DNA of 64,000 nt from Flavobacteriaceae bacterium (GTDB taxonomy: Bacteria > Bacteroidota > Bacteroidia > Flavobacteriales > Flavobacteriaceae): contig JBMTKF010000003.1 in assembly GCA_049439205.1 (NCBI GenBank), positions 4,512 through 68,511 of the forward strand, in the 5' to 3' direction. Positions 53,358 to 63,679 of this stretch are shown in pieces; position 1 is the stretch's first letter, and the number at the start of each line of letters is the position of its first letter. The notes below the pieces were generated by a model. It was given only the letters and a program-made list of their open reading frames with translations. It made no database searches and was not told where the DNA came from. The translations under genes and the position numbers were made by a program.

Positions 53358-54926
53358 ATGATTAATGAACAAAAAGACAATTTATTTCAGCTGATTAAGT
53401 CATTGACAAAATCGGAAAAACGGCAATTTAAGTTGTATGTGGGGCGAATGGGATCTAACAACAATGCAAAATTTTTGAGTCTTTTCAATTTTTTAGACAA
53501 GCTAGATAGATATAGTGAAAAAGCAATTTTGGTTAAAGGGATTGTGACCAAACAACAACTTTCCAATCTCAAAGCGCATCTATATAAGCAAATACTTATC
53601 AGTTTAAGACTTAATCCCATTCATCAAAATATACGCATCCAAATCAGAGAGCAAATGGATTTTGCAGCCATATTGTATCAAAAAGGTCTGTATAAACTCA
53701 GCCTTAAGATTTTGGACAAGGCCAAGGCATTGGCTCTCAAAAATGAGGAAAAATACGCAGCATATGATATCGTAGAGTTTGAAAAACTTATAGAATCCCA
53801 ATACATTACCCGCAGTTTGTCCAACCGAGCAGAAAAGTTGATAATTGAAGCCGATAACCTTAGAACCCATAATGACCTGACCAGTCAATTGTCCAATTTA
53901 TCACTTTTGCTTTATGAAAAACTGATTAAAACAGGCTATGCAAAAAGTGATGATGAATTCAGGGAAATCACCAAGTTTTTCTATGAAAAAATGCCAACTT
54001 TGGAGTTGGAAAAACTTGGGTTTAGAGAGAAGTTATGGTATTATAAAGCCCATGTTTGGTATAGCTTTTTGGTTCAAGACTTCCTTTCCTCTTATAAGTA
54101 TTCAAATAAATGGGTGGATATGTTTAATGAAAATAAGGAGATGATTTCCATCCATCCTGTTTTTTATCTCAAGGGAAATAATTTTTTAATGGAGTCCTTG
54201 GCCTTGATCAAGTATCCAGAGAAGTTTAAGGATACCCTTAACAATATGCTTATTAGGGTCAATTCTGAGGAATTTCCAAAAAATGAAAATTTGGCTGCTC
54301 AGGGTTTTCTATACTCTTATAATAATATGTTTAATATGTATTTCCTCCAAGGTGATTTCAAGCAGGGGCTGGTTATTATACCAGAGGTCATCCATGGGAT
54401 TGAGGAATTTAAAAACCAGATTGATCCTCACCATGTAATGATGTTCTATTATAAGATTGCCTGTTTGTATTTTGGCTTAGATGATCACGAAAAATGTATT
54501 GTTTACCTGAATAAGATAATCAATAACAAACACTTGAAGATGCGAGAGGATCTTCTCTGTTTCACTAGAGTACTTAGCGTTGTAGCTCATTATGAAGCAG
54601 GTTTTGATTATCATCTAGAAGCACATTTACGAGAAACCTATAAGTTTCTTATCAAAATGAATGATCTTCATGAGGTTCAAAAAGCCATGATACGATTTGT
54701 TCGCTCTCTTGGTGTTATTTATCCTCACGAACTAAAGGCTGCCTTTGTAAAACTTCACAAAGAACTAAAGCAATATGAAGACGATCCCTACGAACGCCGT
54801 GCATTTTTGTACCTCGATATACTGTCTTGGTTGGAAAGTAAAATTGAAAATCGGCCTGTTGGAGAAATCATACGTGAAAAAGCCAAAGTCATAAATCGGA
54901 AAGAGCGAAGTTCCATTGAGGTTTAA
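53358..54926 (+). CDS. Hypothetical protein, predicted all-alpha (TPR-like repeats?)
   Basis: 522-aa ORF with normal codon texture. Lys/Leu/Glu/Tyr-rich helical composition, no signal peptide, no motif I can name. Confidence 0.6.
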   Translation: MINEQKDNLFQLIKSLTKSEKRQFKLYVGRMGSNNNAKFLSLFNFLDKLDRYSEKAILVKGIVTKQQLSNLKAHLYKQILISLRLNPIHQNIRIQIREQMDFAAILYQKGLYKLSLKILDKAKALALKNEEKYAAYDIVEFEKLIESQYITRSLSNRAEKLIIEADNLRTHNDLTSQLSNLSLLLYEKLIKTGYAKSDDEFREITKFFYEKMPTLELEKLGFREKLWYYKAHVWYSFLVQDFLSSYKYSNKWVDMFNENKEMISIHPVFYLKGNNFLMESLALIKYPEKFKDTLNNMLIRVNSEEFPKNENLAAQGFLYSYNNMFNMYFLQGDFKQGLVIIPEVIHGIEEFKNQIDPHHVMMFYYKIACLYFGLDDHEKCIVYLNKIINNKHLKMREDLLCFTRVLSVVAHYEAGFDYHLEAHLRETYKFLIKMNDLHEVQKAMIRFVRSLGVIYPHELKAAFVKLHKELKQYEDDPYERRAFLYLDILSWLESKIENRPVGEIIREKAKVINRKERSSIEV

Positions 54927-55566
54927 CAGGTGGGGGAGCAATAATGTTGATTCTTTGCTTTGTTGTTGGGTGATCGAAACTCAACGAGCGTGCATGTAGG
55001 TCAATGCTACCATCTGGATTACTTCTTTTTGCACCGTACTTTAGATCCCCTTTTATGGGAAAGCCAATTTTTGTCAGTTGACTTCTAATTTGATGATGTC
55101 TTCCCGTTTCAAGCGTAATTTCCAAAACAGTAAATCGATCTAAATCAGTTAACTTTTTGTAGTGAAGTACTGCCTTTTTTGAGTCACTGATCTCATGCTT
55201 ATAGGCAAAAGACTTGTTCATTCTACTATTCCTTTTCAGCCAATGGATCAGGGTAGTAGCTGTAGAATTAATCTCAGACCCTACTAAAGCCCAATAGATT
55301 TTGTCGGTTTTTCTCATTTTAAATTGCTGATTCATTCGGCTGAGTGCTTTGGATGTTCTGGCAAAGAGTACGACCCCACTAGTGGGGCGATCCAACCTAT
55401 GGACTACACCCAAGAAGACTTTTCCTGGTTTATTGTATTTTTTTTTAATGTAGGATTTAACTTTATCCACCAAGGTTTGATCTCCAGTCTTATCACCCTG
55501 AACCAAATATCCTGGGACTTTGTTAACCGCTATAAGATGATTGTCTTCATATAGGACACTTAGCAC
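54889..55566 (-). CDS. RluA-family pseudouridine synthase (no S4 domain)
   Basis: 225 aa, GTG start. Catalytic motif HRLDRPTSGVVLFA and HQIRSQL. Confidence 0.85.
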   Translation of the reverse strand: MLSVLYEDNHLIAVNKVPGYLVQGDKTGDQTLVDKVKSYIKKKYNKPGKVFLGVVHRLDRPTSGVVLFARTSKALSRMNQQFKMRKTDKIYWALVGSEINSTATTLIHWLKRNSRMNKSFAYKHEISDSKKAVLHYKKLTDLDRFTVLEITLETGRHHQIRSQLTKIGFPIKGDLKYGAKRSNPDGSIDLHARSLSFDHPTTKQRINIIAPPPVKPQWNFALSDL

Positions 55567-55580
55567 GACTTTGGAGGGTG

Positions 55581-56399
55581 TTAATATTGTTCTTTGTTAT
55601 TGGGGAAATCTTGATTTTTAACGTCGGCAGTGTAATTTTTGATGGCTTTAGAAATTTCATTATCCAAATTAAGATATCGTCTTAAAAAACGTGGACTAAA
55701 TTCTTTATTCATTCCCAGCATGTCATTTAAAACCAAAACCTGACCATCTACATTGGCTCCTGCCCCAATTCCGATGATGGGAATATTCACTGTTTTAGAT
55801 ACTTTTTCAGCTAATTTAGCTGGAATTTTTTCCAAAACAATACTAAAACAACCTGCCTTTTCAAGCATTTGAGCATCACTGAGCAATTGTTCCGCTTCTG
55901 CCTTCTCTTTCGCTCTGACTGAATAGGTTCCAAATTTATAAATGGATTGCGGAGTTAATCCCAAATGTCCCATTACGGGAATACCAGCTTGAAGAATTCT
56001 TTCTATGGAATCCTTAATTTGATTACCCCCTTCGAGCTTTAAGGCATGGGCTCCAGCTTCTTTCATGATCCTGATCGCTGATCGCAGCGCCTCCTTAGAA
56101 TCTGCTTGGTAGGTACCAAAAGGAAGGTCAACAACTACCAATGCTCGTTTTACCCCTCTTACAACACTCGTAGCATGGTAGATCATATGATCAAGAGTTA
56201 TGGGTAAAGTGGTCTCATGACCCGCCATGACATTCGATGCTGAATCACCCACCAGTATTACATCAATCCCTGCTTTGTCAACAATCCCAGCCATGGTAAA
56301 ATCATAGGCTGTGAGCATAGCAATTTTTTCCCCATGGGCTTTCATCTCTGACAACGTACGCGTTGTAACTCGTGTGTAATTCTCTAATGCTTTTGACAT
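55581..56399 (-). CDS. panB: 3-methyl-2-oxobutanoate hydroxymethyltransferase
   Basis: 272 aa. [14 protein letters not shown] and KLEGG motifs. Confidence 0.95.
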   Translation of the reverse strand: MSKALENYTRVTTRTLSEMKAHGEKIAMLTAYDFTMAGIVDKAGIDVILVGDSASNVMAGHETTLPITLDHMIYHATSVVRGVKRALVVVDLPFGTYQADSKEALRSAIRIMKEAGAHALKLEGGNQIKDSIERILQAGIPVMGHLGLTPQSIYKFGTYSVRAKEKAEAEQLLSDAQMLEKAGCFSIVLEKIPAKLAEKVSKTVNIPIIGIGAGANVDGQVLVLNDMLGMNKEFSPRFLRRYLNLDNEISKAIKNYTADVKNQDFPNNKEQY

Positions 56400-56532
56400 A
56401 ATTTTTTGTAAAATTAGTTTTTTTTGTTATGATGTCGTAAAAAATAATCCATTCTGTAAAAAGGATATGACAAGGTGTCAGAGATATCACAATGGCACAA
56501 TGGTTGAATAAATATTTATAAATTATATGATT

Positions 56533-58452
56533 ATGAGCAAAATAATTGGAATCGACCTAGGTACAACTAACTCATGCGTTTCCGTAATGGAGGGAAACGA
56601 ACCTGTGGTTATCCCTAATGCCGAAGGCAAAAGAACCACTCCCTCTGTAATCGCTTTTGTTGAGGGAGGCGAAATAAAAGTAGGTGATCCTGCCAAAAGA
56701 CAAGCAGTGACCAATCCCACCAAAACCATTGCATCTGTAAAAAGATTTATGGGTAATAAATTCTCAGAATCTTCAAAAGAGGCCAAAACAGTCGCTTACA
56801 AGGTGGCTAAAGGTGATAATGATACCCCAAGAATTGACATTGACGGACGCTTATATACTCCTCAAGAACTTTCTGCTATGATTTTACAAAAAATGAAAAA
56901 AACAGCAGAGGATTACCTGGGTCAAGATGTAACTGAAGCGGTGATTACTGTTCCTGCCTATTTTAACGATGCCCAACGTCAAGCAACCAAAGAAGCAGGA
57001 GAAATTGCTGGACTAAAAGTCCAAAGAATCATCAATGAACCTACCGCAGCTGCTTTGGCCTTTGGCCTGGATAAAAAAAGTGGAGGCGATAGCAAAATTG
57101 CCGTTTATGATTTGGGCGGAGGTACTTTTGACATCTCTATTTTAGAATTAGGTGATGGTGTTTTTGAGGTGTTGTCAACCAATGGAGATACTCATTTGGG
57201 AGGAGATGATTTTGATCAAGTAATAATTGATTTTCTTGCTGATGATTTTAAAAAAGCTGAGCAAATTGATTTGAGAGAAGATCCAATGGCATTGCAACGT
57301 TTGAAGGAGGCAGCTGAAAAAGCTAAAATTGAATTATCCTCCTCAGCACAAACTGAAATTAATTTGCCATATGTAACAGCTACGGCTTCAGGACCAAAAC
57401 ATTTGGTTACCAATTTGACACGTGCGAAATTCGAGCAACTTTCTGATCAATTAGTTAAAAGATCCATGGCGCCTGTCAAAAAGGCATTGGAGGATGCAGG
57501 ACTTTCTAAAGGAGATATAGACGAAGTGATACTGGTAGGCGGATCTACACGTATTCCTATCATCCAAGAAGAAGTAGAAAAGTTTTTTGGTAAAAAACCA
57601 TCTAAGGGAGTTAATCCTGACGAGGTAGTTGCTATTGGAGCTGCCATTCAAGGAGGTGTTTTGACCGGAGACGTCAAAGATGTTTTGTTGCTCGATGTAA
57701 CACCTCTTTCTCTCGGCATTGAAACCATGGGTAGTGTAATGACTAAACTGATCGATGCTAATACCACTATTCCGACTAAAAAATCACAGGTTTTTTCCAC
57801 CGCAGCAGATAATCAGCCCTCAGTAGAAATTCATGTGCTTCAAGGAGAGCGATCCATGGCAGCTGACAATAAAACCATAGGAAGATTTCACTTAGATGGG
57901 ATACCACCGGCTCCAAGAGGTACCCCTCAAATTGAGGTTACATTTGATATCGATGCGAATGGAATTATAAAAGTTAGTGCTTCCGATAAAGCTACTGGAA
58001 AATCACAAGATATTCGTATTGAGGCTTCTTCTGGCCTCACAGAAGAGGAAATCGAAAAAATGAAAAAAGAAGCTGAGGCCAATGCTGATAGTGATAAAAA
58101 AGCAAAAGAGGAGGTCGATAAACTCAACAGTGCCGATCAAATGATCTTTCAAACAGAAAAGCAGTTGAAGGAATTTGGAGAAAAACTTTCTGACGAAAAA
58201 AAAGCCCCCATAGAATCTGCTTTAGAAGAATTGAAAAAAGCACATGAATCCAAAGAGCTAACTGCTATTGATGCTGCTTTAGAGAAAATCAATGAAGCAT
58301 GGAAAAACGCATCTGAAGAAATGTACAAGGCCCAAGCAGAATCTGCCAAAGGGGGTAATGCAGCTGATACACCACCAAATTCTAGAGAAAAAGAAGATGT
58401 TAGTGGTGGAGACGATGTCCAAGATGTTGATTTCGAAGAAGTGAAAGATTAA
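56533..58452 (+). CDS. dnaK: Molecular chaperone DnaK (Hsp70)
   Basis: Conserved start [14 protein letters not shown] at ATG 56533 (the ORF track starts two codons earlier). DLGGGTFD motif. C-terminal DVDFEEVKD. Confidence 0.98.
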   Translation: MSKIIGIDLGTTNSCVSVMEGNEPVVIPNAEGKRTTPSVIAFVEGGEIKVGDPAKRQAVTNPTKTIASVKRFMGNKFSESSKEAKTVAYKVAKGDNDTPRIDIDGRLYTPQELSAMILQKMKKTAEDYLGQDVTEAVITVPAYFNDAQRQATKEAGEIAGLKVQRIINEPTAAALAFGLDKKSGGDSKIAVYDLGGGTFDISILELGDGVFEVLSTNGDTHLGGDDFDQVIIDFLADDFKKAEQIDLREDPMALQRLKEAAEKAKIELSSSAQTEINLPYVTATASGPKHLVTNLTRAKFEQLSDQLVKRSMAPVKKALEDAGLSKGDIDEVILVGGSTRIPIIQEEVEKFFGKKPSKGVNPDEVVAIGAAIQGGVLTGDVKDVLLLDVTPLSLGIETMGSVMTKLIDANTTIPTKKSQVFSTAADNQPSVEIHVLQGERSMAADNKTIGRFHLDGIPPAPRGTPQIEVTFDIDANGIIKVSASDKATGKSQDIRIEASSGLTEEEIEKMKKEAEANADSDKKAKEEVDKLNSADQMIFQTEKQLKEFGEKLSDEKKAPIESALEELKKAHESKELTAIDAALEKINEAWKNASEEMYKAQAESAKGGNAADTPPNSREKEDVSGGDDVQDVDFEEVKD

Positions 58453-58474
58453 TTTTGATCTGAATTTTCAAAAG

Positions 58475-58508
58475 AAAACCTTCCGCCGTTTATAGGTGGA
58501 AGGTTTTC
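58475..58508 (+). terminator. Rho-independent terminator after dnaK
   Basis: AAAACCTTCCgccgtttataggtGGAAGGTTTTc, 23 nt after the stop codon. Confidence 0.8.
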
Positions 58509-58527
58509 ATAATTTTACTTAGAGGTT

Positions 58528-58944
58528 ATGGAAAAAGAAAAAATCCTAGAGGTGTGTAATGCCATGGTAAAAGGGAATTTAATGGAGACTTTGGAGATTG
58601 AGTTTGTTGATTTAGGAGAAGATTTTCTTTCGGCACGAATGCCCGTTACTCCAAAAGTTCATCAGATACATGGTTTGCTTCATGGTGGAGCGACAGTTGC
58701 TTTGGCTGAAACTGTCGGTAGTGCTGCTGTTTCGGTCTTGAGTCAGGATCCATCCATCTCTACCGTTGGAATTGAAATATCTGCTAATCACCTCAAAAGT
58801 ACCAGTAATGGATACGTTACCGCTACTGCCAAACCTTTACACATGGGAAAAACCATACAATTGATGGAGATTAGGGTGGTTGATGATCAGGGTAATTTGA
58901 TTTCCCATTGTAAACTGTCTACCTTTTCCCGCCCCAAAAAATAA
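58528..58944 (+). CDS. PaaI/YbdB-type hotdog thioesterase (likely 1,4-dihydroxy-2-naphthoyl-CoA hydrolase)
   Basis: 138 aa. The HGG...ALAET motif region is typical of PaaI-family thioesterases. Abuts menF with no gap. Confidence 0.75.
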   Translation: MEKEKILEVCNAMVKGNLMETLEIEFVDLGEDFLSARMPVTPKVHQIHGLLHGGATVALAETVGSAAVSVLSQDPSISTVGIEISANHLKSTSNGYVTATAKPLHMGKTIQLMEIRVVDDQGNLISHCKLSTFSRPKK

Positions 58945-59988
58945 ATGAAAAAACACGATCTAGAGGAAGTTTTTATCAAGCTTCTGTCGAGTGACCAACC
59001 ATTTGTTTTTTACAGGTTACCTAATAGTAATATTGTTCATTGTAATTTTCAGAACGACAGCTCCTTGATGCTTACAAACGATTTAAAGATCAATGGCTTT
59101 GTGATGAGTCGTTTTGATTCGCCACTTCCTGCAGTTTATATTTCCACTAAAAACCACTTGCAATTTGATTATAAAAGCAAAGTCTTCAGGACAAAAGATG
59201 TAGTAAACTTATTTCATTCGGAACACAAAGAATCATTTATAAATATTGTAAATGAAACTAAAAAAGCTATCACATCGGGTCGCCTCAAAAAATTGGTGAT
59301 TGCAAGAAAGATGATCAAAAGGGGAAAGATTGATTCTTTGCAATTATTTACAAATTTGTTGGCCCTCTATCCCCACGCAATGGTTTATTTTTGGAATCAT
59401 CCTAAAGCTGAGATATGGGTTGGTGCTAGTCCCGAAAAGCTTTTCTCTCTTCATTCTGGTAAACTAACAAGTATGGCACTGGCAGGGACTTTACCCTATC
59501 ATACTGCTGAGGAATATCTTTGGGGTGACAAAGAGCGTACAGAACAGGCTTGGGTGAGAGATACTTTACAAAGCGATTTGGAAGCCCTTTTTCCATCGGT
59601 AGCGGTAAAATGCTCCAAGACATTTACCCGTAGGGCAGGTAATTTGGTTCATTTGTGTAATGAATTATCAGTCAAAGTGCACCAAGTCAATACAATAGCA
59701 TTGTTAAAAAAGTTACATCCTACACCGGCTGTAGGGGGTATTCCCGTAGCAGAGGGAATGCGTTTTCTCAAAGAACACGAAAAGCTTGATCGTGGTTACT
59801 ATACTGGGTTTTTAGGTCCTGTAAAGAAAGAGTATCAAATTGATTTGTTTGTGAATCTTCGCTGCGCCCAAATTATTTCAGAAGGTTTACAATTGTATGT
59901 AGGCGCAGGAATTACCAAAGAAAGTGATCCCGAAAAAGAGTGGGAGGAAACGCAAAATAAAGCCAAAACTCTATTGGCTGCCCTTTGA
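58945..59988 (+). CDS. menF: Isochorismate synthase
   Basis: 347 aa. Chorismate-binding motifs LHPTPAVGG and GAGI..ESDPEKEW. Confidence 0.85.
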   Translation: MKKHDLEEVFIKLLSSDQPFVFYRLPNSNIVHCNFQNDSSLMLTNDLKINGFVMSRFDSPLPAVYISTKNHLQFDYKSKVFRTKDVVNLFHSEHKESFINIVNETKKAITSGRLKKLVIARKMIKRGKIDSLQLFTNLLALYPHAMVYFWNHPKAEIWVGASPEKLFSLHSGKLTSMALAGTLPYHTAEEYLWGDKERTEQAWVRDTLQSDLEALFPSVAVKCSKTFTRRAGNLVHLCNELSVKVHQVNTIALLKKLHPTPAVGGIPVAEGMRFLKEHEKLDRGYYTGFLGPVKKEYQIDLFVNLRCAQIISEGLQLYVGAGITKESDPEKEWEETQNKAKTLLAAL

Positions 59989-60036
59989 TATTTTTGAGCG
60001 AATCAATCCCTTGGGCTTTTGTATTTTTGTAGTGAG

Positions 60037-61830
60037 ATGAAAATGAAAAACTCAGGGAGTACATCGATTAAATATCCGGAGATTCCAATAGCCCAGACCA
60101 TTGTCCAGTTTTGTGAAAGGAAGGTTATCCAACACATAGTCATTTGTCCAGGTTCGAGAAATGCCCCTCTGACCAATGGTTTCGTAGGAAATCCTTTTTT
60201 TAGGACCTACAGTATTATTGATGAGCGTTCGGCAGCTTTTTTTGCTTTAGGAATGGCCCAGCAACTTACCAATCCTACCGCAGTAGTCTGTACTTCGGGT
60301 TCTGCTCTAATCAATTTTTATCCTGCCGTTGCTGAGGCTTTTTACAGTAATATTCCTTTGGTCATTATATCTGCCGATCGTATGCCACACCGTATTAATA
60401 TTGGAGATGGGCAAACCATTGAACAGAAGGGTGTATTTGAACCCCATTTGGTGGACTTTGCATATCTGAGGCCAGATGTGAGCCACGCCACCGCCACTTT
60501 GTTGAAAAATCCCAATCAAAAACTAGTTCCCAAAAAATCTACTCAAAAAGAAATCGAAAGCATACAAAGGGAAAACCAAAGGAAAAACGAAAAACAAATC
60601 AATAGTGTTTTAAACATAGCGATACAAAAAAGTGGCCCCGTTCATTTAAATGTACCCATGGAAGAACCATTGTATGGAATTACTACCTCCCCAATGAAAA
60701 TCCCCGAAATAATTACACCGGAGATTTCCGAGTCTGAGCCAAATTTTGAACCATTCAAAAAAAAGTGGCAGCACGCCAAGAAAAAATTGGTCTTAGTGGG
60801 GGTAAATGACCCCGATGTGATAGATAAAGAATGGTTGAATTTGATCGAAGCTGACCCCACGGTAATTATGTTGACCGAGACTACTTCTAATCTGCATATG
60901 CCTAATGCCATCAAATCGATTGATTCATTGATTGCCCCTTTGGAAAATGCTAACCCAGATTTTTTCAAAATCCTACAACCAGAAATTTTATTGACTTTCG
61001 GAGCAATGGTGGTTTCCAAAAAGATAAAAAAAATGTTAAGAGATTTTTCTCCAAAGGAACATTGGCATATTGATCCTTACAGGGCTTATGATACTTATTA
61101 TTGTTTGACGCAACATTTTTCCATGACAGTAAATACTTTTTTTTCTAAATTATTAAAAAATTACTCCTTCCAGGAGGGTAGTTATAAGTCGATGATTTTG
61201 GGTCAGTATCGCGCTCAACTCGATTTGGGAAAAGCTTATCTCCGTGATATTCCTTTTTCTGATTTGAAAGCATTTGAAACTATTTTTTCAAATCTCCCAG
61301 AAAGACTTCATCTGCAATTGGCCAACAGTTCCACAGTGCGTTACTCACAGCTTTTTGATATGCCCCTGCAAGCAGAAGTTTATTGTAATCGTGGAACCAG
61401 TGGAATTGATGGATCAACCGCAACTGCTGTCGGTGCATCATTGATTAACCCAAAGCCGGGCTTATTGGTGACTGGAGATCTTAGTTTCTTTTATGACATA
61501 AATGGATTGTGGAATAATTATATTCCCTCAAATTTTAGAATTCTTTTGATCAACAATCAAGGAGGTGGAATTTTTAGAATTCTCCCCGGGGAAAAGGACA
61601 GCCCTAAGTTCGATACTTATTTCGAAACAGTTCATAACCGAAATGCACGCCAAATATGTAAGGCTTTTGGTTTTCATTACAAATCAGTAAAGACCAATAC
61701 AGGATTAAAATGGGCCTTAAAAAGTTTCTTTAAACCATCGAGTCAACCCAAGCTTTTAGAGATTAAGACCCCGAGAAAGATCAATGACAGTATCTTATTA
61801 AATTACTTTAAAGCTATGCAAAAGTCTTAA
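60037..61830 (+). CDS. menD: 2-succinyl-5-enolpyruvyl-6-hydroxy-3-cyclohexene-1-carboxylate synthase
   Basis: The ORF track starts at TTG 60019; the first ATG is 60037. ThDP enzyme (PGSRNAPL, CTSGSA, GTSGIDG, GDLSFFYD..NN). Sits in the men cluster. Confidence 0.9.
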   Translation: MKMKNSGSTSIKYPEIPIAQTIVQFCERKVIQHIVICPGSRNAPLTNGFVGNPFFRTYSIIDERSAAFFALGMAQQLTNPTAVVCTSGSALINFYPAVAEAFYSNIPLVIISADRMPHRINIGDGQTIEQKGVFEPHLVDFAYLRPDVSHATATLLKNPNQKLVPKKSTQKEIESIQRENQRKNEKQINSVLNIAIQKSGPVHLNVPMEEPLYGITTSPMKIPEIITPEISESEPNFEPFKKKWQHAKKKLVLVGVNDPDVIDKEWLNLIEADPTVIMLTETTSNLHMPNAIKSIDSLIAPLENANPDFFKILQPEILLTFGAMVVSKKIKKMLRDFSPKEHWHIDPYRAYDTYYCLTQHFSMTVNTFFSKLLKNYSFQEGSYKSMILGQYRAQLDLGKAYLRDIPFSDLKAFETIFSNLPERLHLQLANSSTVRYSQLFDMPLQAEVYCNRGTSGIDGSTATAVGASLINPKPGLLVTGDLSFFYDINGLWNNYIPSNFRILLINNQGGGIFRILPGEKDSPKFDTYFETVHNRNARQICKAFGFHYKSVKTNTGLKWALKSFFKPSSQPKLLEIKTPRKINDSILLNYFKAMQKS

Positions 61831-61946
61831 ATTTGAAATTTATATACAACCTATTAAACCCTTACAGATATATTTAAACCATAAATGTAAATACCTCATC
61901 ATGAGGAAACGATTAAATATCATATAATTAATACAGATTTATACAA

Positions 61947-62768
61947 ATGAAAAAAATAGAGTGGGAAAGCCTAGCCAATTATAGTGACATTAAATTTGAG
62001 TTATTCGAGGGTGTGGCCAAAATTACCATTAACCGCCCCGAGGTTTATAATGCTTTTCGTCCTGAGACCAATATTCAAATGCTTGAAGCCATGGAAGTAT
62101 GTCGAGAGCGGAATGATATCGACGTAGTGGTTTTCACTGGAGCGGGAGACAAGGCTTTTTGCAGTGGGGGTGATCAAAATGTTAAAGGAGTAGGGGGATA
62201 TTTAGGAGAAGACGGTGTGCCCCGATTGAATGTATTAGATTTGCATAAACGCATCAGAGAACTTCCTAAACCTGTGATAGCTATGGTCAACGGCTATGCC
62301 ATCGGAGGGGGCCATGTTTTGCATGTGGTCTGCGACTTGACTATTGCCAGTGAAAATGCCATTTTTGGTCAAACTGGGCCAAAAGTAGGAAGCTTCGACG
62401 GTGGTTTTGGCTCTTCTTATTTGGCACGACATGTAGGACAAAAAAAAGCTAGAGAAATTTGGTTCTTATGTCAACAATATTCAGCTGCAGAAGCAGAAAA
62501 AATGGGAATGGTTAACAAAGTTGTCCCTTTAGATGAATTAGAAATTACTGTTTTGGAATGGTGCAAATTGATGCAAAAAAGAAGTCCATTGGCTTTACGC
62601 ATGATTAAGAGGTGTTTGAATGCAGAATTGGATGGCCAACATGGTCTTATGCAATTGGCCGGTGATGCTACTTTAATGTATTATCTCATGGACGAGGCCC
62701 AGGAGGGGAAACAAGCTTTTTTGGATAAAAGAGACCCCAATTTTAAACAGTATCCAAAGTTTCCATAA
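61947..62768 (+). CDS. menB: 1,4-dihydroxy-2-naphthoyl-CoA synthase
   Basis: 273 aa crotonase fold. [27 protein letters not shown]. Confidence 0.97.
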   Translation: MKKIEWESLANYSDIKFELFEGVAKITINRPEVYNAFRPETNIQMLEAMEVCRERNDIDVVVFTGAGDKAFCSGGDQNVKGVGGYLGEDGVPRLNVLDLHKRIRELPKPVIAMVNGYAIGGGHVLHVVCDLTIASENAIFGQTGPKVGSFDGGFGSSYLARHVGQKKAREIWFLCQQYSAAEAEKMGMVNKVVPLDELEITVLEWCKLMQKRSPLALRMIKRCLNAELDGQHGLMQLAGDATLMYYLMDEAQEGKQAFLDKRDPNFKQYPKFP

Positions 62769-62773
62769 TTCTT

Positions 62774-63679
62774 ATGAATTCACAATTTTCTATTTGGTTA
62801 GCTGCAGCTCGTTTAAGAACCTTGCCTTTATCGTTAGCAGGTATAATAACTGGCAACGCTATTGCATTCAAAGATGAAAGTTTTTCTAAAGGGATTTTTA
62901 TACTCTCACTGTTAACTGCTATAGCCTTTCAAATCATTTCTAATTTTGCTAATGATTACGGAGATGGTATTAGGGGTACAGATAACGCTAACAGATTAGG
63001 GCCCCAAAGAACTTTTCAAAAAGGACTTCTCACAGGCAAAGCTCTAAAAAGAGGGATTTGGATTTCTTCATTCATTTCAATAATCTTTTCTATTAGCTTA
63101 ATTTATCTTGCCTTGGGTGATAAACAATTATTAGTTTCTTTTTTCTTTCTTGCACTTGCTACGGCAGCTGTTTGGGCTGCTATTAAATATACAGTTGGTA
63201 ATGGTGCCTATGGATATATTGGATTAGGGGATTTATTCGTTTTCCTTTTTTTTGGATGGGTAAGTGTGATGGGATCACATTATTTACAGATCCAGACCAT
63301 TGATCGTACGGTACTTTTTTTGGGAACTGCCATTGGATTATTTAGTGTAGGAGTACTTAACCTAAATAATATGAGAGACATTGTCAATGACAAGGATTCT
63401 CAAAAAAAAACACTGGTTGTATATTTAGGAGGTCAAAAAGCAAAATACTACCATTATCTGTTAATTGTTTTAGGAGGGTTATTTTTATTTTTTGGAATTG
63501 GGGAGACGAGAGTAAAGGAAAATCCCTTTTTTTTATTGATTATCATTCCGATTTTATTTCATTTGTATAAGGTTTTAAAAATTCGTGATCCAAGAGCTTA
63601 TGATCATTTATTAAAACAACTTGCATTGACCACTTTTATTGTTTCTCTGGCCTTGTTTGCCCTATTTTTTTGTTGTTAA
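62774..63679 (+). CDS. menA: 1,4-dihydroxy-2-naphthoate polyprenyltransferase
   Basis: 301 aa UbiA-family membrane protein. NDYGDGIRG and N..RD...D motifs. Confidence 0.9.
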   Translation: MNSQFSIWLAAARLRTLPLSLAGIITGNAIAFKDESFSKGIFILSLLTAIAFQIISNFANDYGDGIRGTDNANRLGPQRTFQKGLLTGKALKRGIWISSFISIIFSISLIYLALGDKQLLVSFFFLALATAAVWAAIKYTVGNGAYGYIGLGDLFVFLFFGWVSVMGSHYLQIQTIDRTVLFLGTAIGLFSVGVLNLNNMRDIVNDKDSQKKTLVVYLGGQKAKYYHYLLIVLGGLFLFFGIGETRVKENPFFLLIIIPILFHLYKVLKIRDPRAYDHLLKQLALTTFIVSLALFALFFCC

